Virus record (IMG/VR): IMGVR_UViG_3300010885_080919
Location: 1 to 64,000 of that record
DNA length: 64,000 nt
Source: a virus
Direction: 5' to 3' (one strand)
Shown: piece after piece, positions 9,708 to 19,785 of the stretch
How the letters are laid out: each line of letters begins with the position of its first letter
Numbering within the stretch: the first letter of the stretch is position 1
The notes under the pieces: model-generated
What the model saw: only the letters and a program-made list of their open reading frames with translations
What the model was told of the DNA's origin: nothing
The model's database searches: none
Position numbers and translations under genes: made by a program

Positions 9708-10649
9708 ATGAAAAAAGTTGTAGATTTCTTTCCATATTTCGATCCAACTGGGCGTGAGATATTAGAATTAAGAGTTAATTCGCTCAAAGATCATGTTGAT
9801 GAGTTTTTAATTTGTGAATCAAACAAGACACAAAGCGGAATACCCATCGAATACGAGTTAAGAAAAACAATAAAAGAATGCAACCTACCAGAAGATAAAA
9901 TAAAAATAATAGAACTAAAAATTCCGGAAGATAAAGATTTAGATATACAAAAAATCGATAAATTTAATTGTTACGAAAATAATAGTGTGAATTCGAACTC
10001 TGTGATGGCTCGAACAAGAGAAAGAATGCAAAAAGATGCAATTTTATCGGTATTAGATGATTATGACAATAATACTGTTTTTATTCATAGCGACATGGAT
10101 GAAATTGTAAAAACAGAAGCAATCACTTGCATCTGCCAGATGGTGAAATTGAACCAACAAATCATAATTAAAATTCCATTAGTTCATCTTGAAGGTAGGG
10201 CAGACCTTAGAGTCCACCAAAAAAATAGTGATAATCCAAAACCATGGGACGGTGGAATGTTTTTCTGTACTAAAGCACAATTGAAGAGAGCTACACCATC
10301 ACAAATAAGATCTAATGTTTATAATCCCTTTCAAATTTCTTGTTTAACACAAGATGGCAATAAGATAGAAGATCTTGGTTGGCATTTTTCTTGGATGGGA
10401 CCAGCAGAAAAAAGATTAAAAAAATGCGAATCATTTACACATTATGACGATTCTTTTTCTTTTCTAATAACAGAAAAATATGGAAATAAAAATACAAAAA
10501 ATTTCTTAAAAGAAATGGAAGTAAAAGAAGGGCAAATTCCACCATCTGGGGACAAAAATATGGTACTTAGAAAATACCCAGTGGAGAATCTGCCTAAAGA
10601 AATTTTCAATTTACCTAGAGTAAAAGAATACCTTCTTCCGAATTCATAA
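9708..10649 (+). CDS. Glycosyltransferase family 17-like
   Basis: LELRVNSLKDHVDEFLICESNKT, SDMDEI, GWHFSWMG. Confidence 0.85.
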   Translation: MKKVVDFFPYFDPTGREILELRVNSLKDHVDEFLICESNKTQSGIPIEYELRKTIKECNLPEDKIKIIELKIPEDKDLDIQKIDKFNCYENNSVNSNSVMARTRERMQKDAILSVLDDYDNNTVFIHSDMDEIVKTEAITCICQMVKLNQQIIIKIPLVHLEGRADLRVHQKNSDNPKPWDGGMFFCTKAQLKRATPSQIRSNVYNPFQISCLTQDGNKIEDLGWHFSWMGPAEKRLKKCESFTHYDDSFSFLITEKYGNKNTKNFLKEMEVKEGQIPPSGDKNMVLRKYPVENLPKEIFNLPRVKEYLLPNS

Positions 10650-11207
10650 TTCGATGAATGATGGCAAGCACGAGCTTATAACTTTCATAAACTCATTAGA
10701 ACCATTTTCGCTAAAAGCGATCTCGCTTCTACCTCTGAATTTACGCAGTTCACAATCACATTCTAAAGATGTGAAATAATCAACAACAATATTACTACCT
10801 TGCTCTCCGAATTTCTGCGTTTTTAAGTAGCATCTATTTTTTTCTTTTCTTCCTCCATCAACAAACCATACCATCCATGCTTGATCTGTGAGTGTGTCTA
10901 ATATTTCTCTAGTTATTGTTTTTACACCCTTTTTATAAAAAATATCATGCATATCATTGAATACAGTATAAGCAACACTGTAAGCTCTGTACGTTGTGAC
11001 ATCTTTTTTTATTGTGTTATCATCCATTTTGAACAAATTTGATAAAAAATCTACTTTGTATTTTAACCACTCTTTATTTTTATCTCTCATAGCTAAATAA
11101 CAATTTTTACCTTTTACAGGCATAATTATAGATGAACCACCAAGAATGGTTCCATACAAAATTTGTCTTTGTCTGTCTGTTATCTGTGGGCTAGTCTGGT
11201 ATGTCAT
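10644..11207 (-). CDS. Free-standing LAGLIDADG-family protein, probably degenerate
   Basis: LYGTILGGSSI and VWFVDGG match the two LAGLIDADG_2 helices; first acidic residue absent. Confidence 0.7.
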   Translation of the reverse strand: MTYQTSPQITDRQRQILYGTILGGSSIIMPVKGKNCYLAMRDKNKEWLKYKVDFLSNLFKMDDNTIKKDVTTYRAYSVAYTVFNDMHDIFYKKGVKTITREILDTLTDQAWMVWFVDGGRKEKNRCYLKTQKFGEQGSNIVVDYFTSLECDCELRKFRGRSEIAFSENGSNEFMKVISSCLPSFIEL

Positions 11208-11314
11208 TTATCTCCATTTAACAATATATATGCGTTTAAAATATATTGTTAAATGTATATATAATTATATCAGGAAAACATCCTGACATGCTTTTTAAAT
11301 TTGAGGAGTAAAAA

Positions 11315-11866
11315 ATGGCAGCAACTACAACTCAGGGCACCGGCCCAGGATCCGCTACTTTATCAAAACCTCTCATCGTCAACGGTGAAGTTAAAAATAC
11401 TAATTTAGCACCAAAATGTATCGAAAATTCAAATATTGACAACAAACCTGTTTTAGTAACAAGTTCAACTGTCACAGTGACACCAGCTATTCATGCCGGT
11501 AAAACTGTAGTTTTAAGTCGTGCAGCAGGCATCACTGTTACATTGCCCGCAGCTCATGGAACCGGATACAAATATTCTTTCATTCTAGGAGCGACCGTTA
11601 GCAGCAACACCACTGTTATCAAGGTGGCTAATGGACTCGACGCAATGGTTGGTCGTGCTATAGCTTGTGCAGACGGTGGAAACACAGTAAATGGTTGGGA
11701 AGTAGCAAGTGGTAACGACACAATCACTTTGAATGGAACTACAACTGGCGGATATGCTGGCGATACCGTTGAAATCGTAGACATTGCAGAAAATCTTTAC
11801 GCTGTAAATGCTTACTTGAATCAGACATCTACTGAGGCTACACCTTTTAGCTCAACAGTTTCTTGA
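11315..11866 (+). CDS. Probable virion structural/decoration protein
   Basis: Thr/Gly/Ala-rich, ITVTLPAA.GTG..Y.F motif; GAGGAG RBS; terminator follows. Confidence 0.65.
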   Translation: MAATTTQGTGPGSATLSKPLIVNGEVKNTNLAPKCIENSNIDNKPVLVTSSTVTVTPAIHAGKTVVLSRAAGITVTLPAAHGTGYKYSFILGATVSSNTTVIKVANGLDAMVGRAIACADGGNTVNGWEVASGNDTITLNGTTTGGYAGDTVEIVDIAENLYAVNAYLNQTSTEATPFSSTVS

Positions 11867-11879
11867 TTTTAAAAAATGT

Positions 11880-11917
11880 AAAAGCCCTAGACACCATAAA
11901 TGTCTAGGGCTTTTTTT
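11880..11917. terminator. Bidirectional intrinsic terminator
   Basis: AAAAGCCCTAGACA-7 nt-TGTCTAGGGCTTTT between convergent genes. Confidence 0.85.
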
Positions 11918-12452
11918 ATTTATTTTTAAAGAACTTCATGTTCTTATCGGCCCATTCTATGGCCATATGCATTCCCCTTGCAAGCAACCCAACAAGCTGT
12001 GTCGGGTTTCCAGATCCTTCAATTGATATATTATCTCGATCATTGTTTTCTGTCCAAACAAAAGAAAACACTAAATTTCTCCGCTTCTTTAGCTCGTCTA
12101 CCATTTGATGAATTGTAACCAATGAAAGATCAGGAATGCCTAATTCTTGATAGTTTTTCTTATTTTCATATTCTTGAGATAAAGTAATCAAATATAACCC
12201 ATCAAATAATATTTTTAAAATATCCTTTGTTTTAGAGCCAGATATAGTTAAATTATAAAAATTAGTTTCATATTCTTTTAATGATACATCATAGTTATAT
12301 GTTTTTCTTAAAAAGTCTATTATAGACTCTATTTCCTTGTGTACTTTGCTGTCTAGTACCTCGTAATAAACAAAATAAGGTCCATCCTTTGATTGTATGA
12401 CCCTAACGCCTTCTAGCTTGTTGAATATACTCATAAAATTTTCAAAATTCAT
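11916..12452 (-). CDS. Hypothetical protein
   Basis: ORF preceded by AAGGAGG RBS. Confidence 0.75.
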   Translation of the reverse strand: MNFENFMSIFNKLEGVRVIQSKDGPYFVYYEVLDSKVHKEIESIIDFLRKTYNYDVSLKEYETNFYNLTISGSKTKDILKILFDGLYLITLSQEYENKKNYQELGIPDLSLVTIHQMVDELKKRRNLVFSFVWTENNDRDNISIEGSGNPTQLVGLLARGMHMAIEWADKNMKFFKNK

Positions 12453-12465
12453 AAACCTCCTTGAT

Positions 12466-12993
12466 TCATTTGGTTATTCCTGATTGATTTAGCACCTTAT
12501 AGAATTTTATTATGTGTTTGCACAACATGGGATCATTATTAGGATTAACAGACGGCCTGTTTCCTATAGATAAATACGGAGCTCTTTTGCTTCCATATAG
12601 CGATTTATCTAAATGGTCGGAATAATTTCCTCTCCATAAAAAATCTTTACAATTACATCTCACCAACACTTCGTTTGATGAGTCTATTTTTTTGATCGTA
12701 TGGGTCTTTCCATTTTTATCAAAAATATCAACGGAATTTACTTCTTTACTATCAAGATATTTTACGTTTTTAAATACTATTATAGGATGATATTCTTTAC
12801 CGTTTTCTGTGTTTTGAGCCAGAGCTTTTATGTATAAAGTCTTTACTCCCAAATAAGGAATCCATTCCAAAGAAACTATTTTTATAGGATCTATTGCGTG
12901 TTGTCTTTTTGTGGTTTTAGGAAAAGCACGTACAGTACTATTATACAAATCTTGCATCGTGCTTTCTTTTAGAAACCATTTATAAAATTCCAT
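12466..12993 (-). CDS. SWIM-type zinc-finger protein
   Basis: VRCNCKDF...LCKH; N-terminal FYKWFLKE. Confidence 0.75.
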   Translation of the reverse strand: MEFYKWFLKESTMQDLYNSTVRAFPKTTKRQHAIDPIKIVSLEWIPYLGVKTLYIKALAQNTENGKEYHPIIVFKNVKYLDSKEVNSVDIFDKNGKTHTIKKIDSSNEVLVRCNCKDFLWRGNYSDHLDKSLYGSKRAPYLSIGNRPSVNPNNDPMLCKHIIKFYKVLNQSGITK

Positions 12994-13048
12994 GATATAT
13001 TTACCATCTGAACATTTAAAAAAATAACTATATTAATTAGGAGAATTC

Positions 13049-13324
13049 ATGAGTGAAGAAGAAATCATAAAAAAGAAATTTGAAGTAAAAATGCGGCCCA
13101 CACCTGGTGGTGGGATAGAAAAAACTATATTTATAGACGACGAGCTTCTTGATTGGCAGGTCGATATAGACTCTCTTATGGATGCTATGAAAATGGGACC
13201 TCAATACATGAGAGAAATACAAAGAGACATAGAAAGACACTTTGTAGAATCAGTTTCGGACTTCATTGGAAGAAAAGTAACAGCACAAGAAATCAAAACA
13301 GCAATAAAAACCGGATATATTTGA
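13049..13324 (+). CDS. Hypothetical protein
   Basis: AGGAG RBS, 91-aa ORF. Confidence 0.75.
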   Translation: MSEEEIIKKKFEVKMRPTPGGGIEKTIFIDDELLDWQVDIDSLMDAMKMGPQYMREIQRDIERHFVESVSDFIGRKVTAQEIKTAIKTGYI

Positions 13325-13410
13325 AATTATATCGCAGTGATCATAATTATGTCCTTTGGCGAAGGAGGTGAATTTCTGCTGAAGGGTTTATGATCCTGCG
13401 ATATTTTTCA
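13322..13410 (+). other. Long imperfect hairpin between convergent genes, with AAGGAGGTGA at its tip
   Basis: ATATCGCAG/CTGCGATAT, GATCATAA/TTATGATC, TCCTTTGGC/GCTGAAGGG arms. Confidence 0.6.
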
Positions 13411-14307
13411 TAATTGTGGCAGAGTATATGTAATTGTTCTTTCCGGTATGGAGATAGGCTTTCTTTTCGCTGGGGTTGTCAGCGTTGTCTTGATTTGCGA
13501 TAATGTATTATTCCTTAGATTTACTAAAAATATGCCCGTTTGTCCTGCGGATATGGTTTGAGCATATATTTTTATAAGAATCCTGCTAATAGAGTTCTTC
13601 AACGATGTGGCCGGAACGTACAAACTACATTGTTGTGGGCTTACAATAGAAGAAGATACAATTTTGCCTGAGGCGTAATTCCCACTTGATATAGTTTTAA
13701 TTACACTAGTTCCATTTGATTCTACTTCTAGTATTTCAAACCAAAAACGAATATTGTGCCCCGTTGATTCGCTGCAAAACAAAGACAACAGCCAATCTCC
13801 GTTAGTAATAGAAACTATGCGTGGGTCATCCGTGGCGGTTAAAAAAGAACCAACAAGAGTTGGTGTAGAAGAGTTTGTAGAAGTAGTTATAGTAGTTTTA
13901 CTTGATAAATTTGGTTTAAATAACAATTTACCTACAACAGGACTTGTTGCGGTAGAACCATCTAGGTAAAAATTCAAATCACCTTTCAATCTCTCTGTAT
14001 GAATACCAAATAAAGAGATGCATACTTTCCTAGTATTAGGATCAAAACTGTTTATTCTCCAATTAGAATTTTCCAATAAAAGCTTTCTCGGATATGCTGT
14101 TTCTATTATTTTGTAAGTATTTCGAAGAATTCCATTTTTTGCCTCAATATTTGAAATTCCATTCTTTACCCCAATAGGAACTTTTTCTCCAGTCGCAACC
14201 AATATCACAAATTCATTATCTGGAATACTGGGGAGCATCGATAACAAAGTCTCTTTAGCCAATTTGTTGGTTGCTAAACATGCTCTTTTTGGAATGGTAA
14301 TGTACAT
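13408..14307 (-). CDS. Hypothetical protein with a Ser/Thr-rich beta-type domain (start revised to MYITIPK)
   Basis: The 5' extension to 14589 overlaps the + strand gene and looks spurious. Confidence 0.6.
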   Translation of the reverse strand: MYITIPKRACLATNKLAKETLLSMLPSIPDNEFVILVATGEKVPIGVKNGISNIEAKNGILRNTYKIIETAYPRKLLLENSNWRINSFDPNTRKVCISLFGIHTERLKGDLNFYLDGSTATSPVVGKLLFKPNLSSKTTITTSTNSSTPTLVGSFLTATDDPRIVSITNGDWLLSLFCSESTGHNIRFWFEILEVESNGTSVIKTISSGNYASGKIVSSSIVSPQQCSLYVPATSLKNSISRILIKIYAQTISAGQTGIFLVNLRNNTLSQIKTTLTTPAKRKPISIPERTITYTLPQL

Positions 14308-14356
14308 TGTTGGAATTGATCTTTCTTTTTTTTTCCCAAAATTATATACTGTTCGC

Positions 14357-14719
14357 ATGAGAAAAAGATACGAGGATAGGATTTTAGTGCCCATAGAAGG
14401 GGCCACTTTAATACTATTCACAAATGCGAAACTAAGAATAGCAAACGGATATGACAGAATTGTCTTCCAAAAAAAGCCTTTTTTGGAAATTTCAAGAAAA
14501 AACATATGTGCCGACAATATCTCCATTCCGCATTTGCAAAAATGGAGAGAAAATAGCCTCGAATCTGGATGGATAGAATATCGCAGCAAAGACTACTGCA
14601 AAATTAAAATAATCTACGACAAACAAAAACAAAAATTCTATTGTTCTATTTTCGATCTGCATTCAAAAGAAAAACCGTCCTTAATAGAAAAACTGACTCG
14701 AAAAGGAGAATTAACATGA
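14357..14719 (+). CDS. Hypothetical protein
   Basis: Start MRKRYED; stop overlaps the next gene's start (ATGA). Confidence 0.65.
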   Translation: MRKRYEDRILVPIEGATLILFTNAKLRIANGYDRIVFQKKPFLEISRKNICADNISIPHLQKWRENSLESGWIEYRSKDYCKIKIIYDKQKQKFYCSIFDLHSKEKPSLIEKLTRKGELT

Positions 14720-15312
14720 AATACTTGAGCATAGACATTGAAACTTCCGGCTTGGATATAGACAAATGCGACATCATTCAGTTTGCCGCTGTAATCGATG
14801 ATCTAGATAACCCACAACCTTTGAAAGAGCTGCCCAAGCTCAACGTATACTTTTTGAAAAACTTTTATCGTGGCGAACCAATCGCTCTTTCTATGCATTC
14901 TAAGATATTTGAAAAAATAGCAAATGCTAAAAAGAATGAAATCGAATACGATGAAGTCGAAGAAGCGTATTATATAGAAATCAAATACCTTACATCTTTG
15001 CTAAGAAACTTCTTGACTAAAAATGGAATATCCGAGGATTATCAGACTGGATCTATAGTCGTCAATGTCGCTGGAAAGAATGTTTCTGGATTTGATATTC
15101 CATTTCTAAATGCCAAAATCAAAGACTGGGATCACATTTACTTCAGAACAAGAACAATGGATCCAGCTATTTTGTACTTTGATCCCCAGAAAGATAAAGA
15201 AATGCCCAATATGGCAACATGCATGAATAGAGCTAGAATAGAAGGAAAAGTATCACACACAGCCCTAGAAGACGCTTTGACAGTAATTGAATTAATTCGC
15301 AACAAATTTTAG
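14716..15312 (+). CDS. DEDDh 3'-5' exonuclease (DnaQ/oligoribonuclease-like)
   Basis: SIDIETSG, GKNVSGFD, HTALEDA; AAGGAG RBS. Confidence 0.9.
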   Translation: MKYLSIDIETSGLDIDKCDIIQFAAVIDDLDNPQPLKELPKLNVYFLKNFYRGEPIALSMHSKIFEKIANAKKNEIEYDEVEEAYYIEIKYLTSLLRNFLTKNGISEDYQTGSIVVNVAGKNVSGFDIPFLNAKIKDWDHIYFRTRTMDPAILYFDPQKDKEMPNMATCMNRARIEGKVSHTALEDALTVIELIRNKF

Positions 15313-16970
15313 GCGTACTTTAGATACAAATCTTCATACTCAGGATGATCTTTAAGTTCTTTTTCTAATCTAGAGATTTCACTTAAAGAAAAAGAGCCTT
15401 CACTGTTCATCCAGCTTCCTGCGGTCATATGCGAAGTACAATCCTTGCTAAAGTATTCTACGTCGTATTTTGAGTCCAATATTTTAGGCAATATAAATGA
15501 GCCAATATCTAAACTCATAGAATCAAATTTATCTTCTTTTTTAATATTGTGGTCAGGCTTAAGCATCTTTTTATCTTTCCAGTATTCAATGAGCTTTTTA
15601 TAAGAAGTTAAATTGTCTACTTGGTAATTCAAATCTACATGATACCCTACCCAATCAGCCCCTAACTTCTTCATTATATTTTTACTACATAATAAAAAGT
15701 TAGTATTAGTGAAATGCGGAAACACTATTCGTTTGTCAACCTTAAATAGTGACCATTCACTCAAAGCGTCTTGAGATTTCATTACAGAGTTTTTATTCAA
15801 AAAGAATGAAGACGCTTCTTTATTCCATTTTTTATCTAAAATCATAACATCGTCGTGCATTAAAAGATAATATTCTGTATGAACCCAAGCCAGACATTGC
15901 TCTATCATTTGGGCGTGACCAAGTCTGCTCCATGTTCTTGAAAGCGTTATTGGCATCATTTTGCCAAACCAAGTCATTTTTCTTAATTCTTCAATAAATT
16001 TTTGCTTATTATCTTGCAGCTCCGTGCCACCTGTTCTTTCGTCAGGACCGTTAATGCCTACGATAATATGTTCTAATATTTCTGGGGATGATCTCAGCAA
16101 CAAAGAAAAAACGCAAAGCATAAAGTTTGACATATCGCAGCTATAAGTGGGTATAATGGCCGTGATTTTATTAGGTATATTTGTTATTTTCTCGCATTCA
16201 TATTCATTCAATAGCGTCTTATTGGATGTTTCTATATTTTCCCATTTTTCTATTGGATCGAATTGTTGTTCGTACACATCCCAATAATCTTCCCAAGAAC
16301 CCAATAAGTGGCAGTCCCACATCCAATCCAAAAAAGACGTCCAATGTAAATAATTTTCACTTTCCGCTTCGGAATGTGCAAGTTTAAAATCATATCCCAT
16401 ATTTTTTATTTGCTGAAGTATATTGTTTTCTCCAGATTCAAATTCATGGGCAGGACTATCAAGGTAGGAATAAGGAAATACTATTTTTTTAGAAACTTCC
16501 TTTTTTATAGCGTACGCAACAGTTCTAATGTGATCTTTTTTGTTGCCAATTGACCTGGGCTCGTAGCATTGTGCAACTAGTCCAACTCTAGGATCTTGTA
16601 TTTTTTCAACAAATGGTTTTAAAAAAGATCGTCTCATTGGAAGCATATCGTCTGTGAACCAGAACAACTTTTCCCAATTTAAATATTTGCAAGCCAATAT
16701 CAATGCCGCTAAATCTCTAGCTTTTGAGTTCTCAAAAGGAAAATAATAATCTGGGTTATGACTCAGAATATTATTTCTTTCAATTTGTAGATTTGTATGT
16801 TTTTTGTCTATAGAATGAAAAACAACAATTTTAGCTCCAAATTTATCCGCATTGTTCCAAGCTCTTAGCCATTTGGCTATAAACTCTTTTCTTTTGTGTG
16901 TAACCACACACACTAAATTATCGAAATTTATATCTTGTACATCTTCAATAGATTTTATTATTTTTGTCAT
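15309..16970 (-). CDS. Two-domain GT-A (family 2-like) glycosyltransferase
   Basis: WFTDDMLP and ITAIIPTY...LLMHDDV DxD-like motifs. Confidence 0.75.
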   Translation of the reverse strand: MTKIIKSIEDVQDINFDNLVCVVTHKRKEFIAKWLRAWNNADKFGAKIVVFHSIDKKHTNLQIERNNILSHNPDYYFPFENSKARDLAALILACKYLNWEKLFWFTDDMLPMRRSFLKPFVEKIQDPRVGLVAQCYEPRSIGNKKDHIRTVAYAIKKEVSKKIVFPYSYLDSPAHEFESGENNILQQIKNMGYDFKLAHSEAESENYLHWTSFLDWMWDCHLLGSWEDYWDVYEQQFDPIEKWENIETSNKTLLNEYECEKITNIPNKITAIIPTYSCDMSNFMLCVFSLLLRSSPEILEHIIVGINGPDERTGGTELQDNKQKFIEELRKMTWFGKMMPITLSRTWSRLGHAQMIEQCLAWVHTEYYLLMHDDVMILDKKWNKEASSFFLNKNSVMKSQDALSEWSLFKVDKRIVFPHFTNTNFLLCSKNIMKKLGADWVGYHVDLNYQVDNLTSYKKLIEYWKDKKMLKPDHNIKKEDKFDSMSLDIGSFILPKILDSKYDVEYFSKDCTSHMTAGSWMNSEGSFSLSEISRLEKELKDHPEYEDLYLKYA

Positions 16971-17725
16971 AATTTAATATAATTTACTAATTTTTGATTC
17001 AAAAACAACCCTCGATCAAAGTGTTCTTTAAAAAGATTATCTTTTAAAATACAAAAAGTATTATTCTTTCTAATTGCTTGAGCTAAAGAATGACCTCCAG
17101 ACATAAGACAAACAAATTTATTACAAGATTTTATTACATCACAATATTCAAATATTGAGTTAACTGTGATTGTCTCGTATTTGTTTGTGGAGAAGTCTTC
17201 ATCAGATGAGTAGGATATTTTGTTATTCTTTAAAAATAATATCTTATCATCGGGAAATTCTTTTTCTAAAATACAATTTAATATCTCTTTATTGTAATCT
17301 GATCGGACAGTATAAGCCGTGGCGTCAAACACTAGAAAATTACTGTATTCTGATATTGTTTTTGGACTGTAAAATATCTCCGGCCCAATATTAGAGGGTA
17401 TAAAGCCATGAGCTTTTTCTATGTTGTTAATACTGTTGTGTGTTGGCTGCCAAATTTTAACTGCTCTTTCTTGTGTTCTTAAGCAAGACATTCCAGCGTT
17501 GGGCTCCATGTCAGAAAACCCACAAACATAAGGATTGGTTTCCCACACCAACTCTTTTATTTCTTCGTTTCTGAATTTACACTTATTGCTTATGAATACT
17601 TTTTTGCCCAGAGAATTATAAAGTTTAGGCAAGGTACTATGTTGTAGATGATCACCAAGACCGATATATTTTTGATATATACAAATATATTTTGGTAGAA
17701 TTGTATTAACAATCTTGCGAATCAT
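16967..17725 (-). CDS. GT-B-like putative glycosyltransferase
   Basis: GLGDHL and FVCLMSGGHSLA, resembling GT9/GT11-type motifs. Confidence 0.55.
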   Translation of the reverse strand: MIRKIVNTILPKYICIYQKYIGLGDHLQHSTLPKLYNSLGKKVFISNKCKFRNEEIKELVWETNPYVCGFSDMEPNAGMSCLRTQERAVKIWQPTHNSINNIEKAHGFIPSNIGPEIFYSPKTISEYSNFLVFDATAYTVRSDYNKEILNCILEKEFPDDKILFLKNNKISYSSDEDFSTNKYETITVNSIFEYCDVIKSCNKFVCLMSGGHSLAQAIRKNNTFCILKDNLFKEHFDRGLFLNQKLVNYIKL

Positions 17726-17751
17726 TATACAATTCTACCAAAATTTCTTTT

Positions 17752-18129
17752 TCATTTCAACCAGTTTAAAAAACTGGATTTTTCTTTATACCCTTTATTC
17801 CTTTTTAATACTTCTTCGTCTTTATCGATCAGCATATAATCTGGAATAGTTTTTACATTGAATTTCTTAGCAAGCTCTGGGTTTTCGTCTATATCGACCT
17901 TCAAAACAATGTAGTTATCCATTTTGTTGACAACGTCAGGATCCTTAAACAAGGATTGCATTTTACTGCAGTAACCACACCAAGATGCTCCAAAATACAA
18001 GAAAATTTTCTTTTCAGTAGATTTAGATATAGTGGTAGCATCTATATAACTCGTCACTTCCTTGGACAACGCATTTTGCCCTAAAAACATCAAATAATAT
18101 AAAAACAGTGATAAACACACATTTTTCAT
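17752..18129 (-). CDS. Thioredoxin with N-terminal signal peptide
   Basis: FGASWCGYC, VKTIPD; hydrophobic N-terminus; GGAGG RBS before MKNVCL. Confidence 0.9.
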   Translation of the reverse strand: MKNVCLSLFLYYLMFLGQNALSKEVTSYIDATTISKSTEKKIFLYFGASWCGYCSKMQSLFKDPDVVNKMDNYIVLKVDIDENPELAKKFNVKTIPDYMLIDKDEEVLKRNKGYKEKSSFLNWLK

Positions 18130-18224
18130 TAACACCTCCTTGGTTAATGTGTACATAATATATATTCAATTCGATATATATATTCATAATGTACCTTTAG
18201 GCGATGCTAAACATGAACGTAAAT

Positions 18225-19022
18225 ATGAATTTTTCAAAATGGTTGCTAGAATACGCAAATTATGGTTTTGAAAAAGACAGCACAAAAAATAAAACCACTA
18301 AAAACATGCAAGGGAATGACAACGATTCTCTTCCTTGGACAATGTTTGGCGTAGAAGAATTTTTCGAAGAATTGAAAGGTTTAGTCGAAGCAGACAATAA
18401 AAGAACAAGCAAAGTTTGGCATGAAGAATTAGGCTGGGAGGATAACGGAAGTATTGTAGAAGTTAATATAAACCCATTTGGCAGTTTAAGAATAACAACC
18501 AGAAAACAAATAAAAGATTTAAAAGGTGAAACTACAAGAATATGCAAGCACGTTTTCGATATAGATGACTACCATACAAATCAAGAAAAAATATTGGCTC
18601 ATCACATATATGAAAAAGTAGAAGAATTCAATAAAGAAAACGCAGACTTCGCATCTGCTAACTACACCGGATTAAAAAAACTAGCAAGAGATTTATTCAC
18701 AGCAGTTCGAGCCAAATATCCAGATTACATTATGTTTCCAGTAAAAATGATGGAAATGAATAGTGATTATTACAAAATGGTATTTGAATTCAGAGGATCA
18801 GGACAAGGAGTACCAGGCAGTTCTATAGCAATGCAATTCGATATAGATTTAGCATACGATAGAGAAAAAGGACTAATTAAATGCTGGGGCTATGATATTG
18901 ACAGCCCAGTATTAAAGAGACAATTGAATATACAGCCAAGCGAATGGAATGAATATTTCTCTCCACAAGAACAATCTAGAAAAATCATAGGAATGATAGT
19001 AACAACATTTATGACTTATTAA
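18225..19022 (+). CDS. Hypothetical protein with N-terminal FSKWLLE motif
   Basis: Long ORF; TAAATA immediately before the start. Confidence 0.75.
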   Translation: MNFSKWLLEYANYGFEKDSTKNKTTKNMQGNDNDSLPWTMFGVEEFFEELKGLVEADNKRTSKVWHEELGWEDNGSIVEVNINPFGSLRITTRKQIKDLKGETTRICKHVFDIDDYHTNQEKILAHHIYEKVEEFNKENADFASANYTGLKKLARDLFTAVRAKYPDYIMFPVKMMEMNSDYYKMVFEFRGSGQGVPGSSIAMQFDIDLAYDREKGLIKCWGYDIDSPVLKRQLNIQPSEWNEYFSPQEQSRKIIGMIVTTFMTY

Positions 19023-19031
19023 TTCAAAACT

Positions 19032-19382
19032 TTATTTCTTTTTTAATCCTAATTGTTCATCACTATCATTCCAAACTATTTCATAGTCTTGAAGATTTAA
19101 CTTTTGGCGAATTACTCCTTTTTTACTCGCTTTAGTTAATAACGCTATTAGTCTTTTGTATTTTTCTTCTCCTTTATTTGTAAAGGCAAAAACTATTTCT
19201 TGGTTATGCAAATAACTTGGCGGCTGTGTCGGTCCCAAATAACCTTCTTCTACTTCAAAATATTCTTCATCACTTAGCTTGCTGTAATCTAGACTATTAT
19301 TGTTCATTAATCCGCTTCTATCTCTGTGAATGTAGCGATATACTATGTTTTTTTCTTCTAAATATTCTTTGAATTTTTTCAT
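19032..19382 (-). CDS. Hypothetical protein (MKKFKEYLEE N-terminus)
   Basis: ORF with head-targeting-like motif. Confidence 0.7.
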   Translation of the reverse strand: MKKFKEYLEEKNIVYRYIHRDRSGLMNNNSLDYSKLSDEEYFEVEEGYLGPTQPPSYLHNQEIVFAFTNKGEEKYKRLIALLTKASKKGVIRQKLNLQDYEIVWNDSDEQLGLKKK

Positions 19383-19470
19383 AAACTGTTAGCTTTTAAT
19401 TCTTAAAATTATTTCTACGCAATATATATTAAGCCAACAGTAATAAAAGTAGTAACAGGAAAGAGATAAT

Positions 19471-19740
19471 ATGGATTTTAAACTATGGCTTTTAGAGTTT
19501 GAAGGCAAAGATATTAAATACTATCAAAACATATTGCTGTCTAAATTGGATTTAGATAAAGACAAAGGACTGTCCCAAAGTTTAAATGTATGGGAATCAG
19601 GCAAGCTATTGTCAAAAATACAAGATATCGGAGAATTTAAAAATCTTTCTAGCGATCTGCAAAAAGAAATTATAGATCAAATAAATAGTAAAACTGGTAC
19701 CTTGAACGACCTAGCTGTTATGATGTCCAAGGCAGAGTAG
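19471..19740 (+). CDS. Hypothetical protein (MDFKLWLLE N-terminus)
   Basis: ORF with head-targeting-like motif. Confidence 0.7.
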   Translation: MDFKLWLLEFEGKDIKYYQNILLSKLDLDKDKGLSQSLNVWESGKLLSKIQDIGEFKNLSSDLQKEIIDQINSKTGTLNDLAVMMSKAE

Positions 19741-19785
19741 TCAATTACATAAAATAATTTATTAAACAAACACATATATATTAGT

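Noticed and set aside
14308-14589. Long antisense overlap of ORF 13408-14589 with 14264-14719
   Set aside because: Internal ATGs at 14307 and 14357 give two ordinary divergent genes
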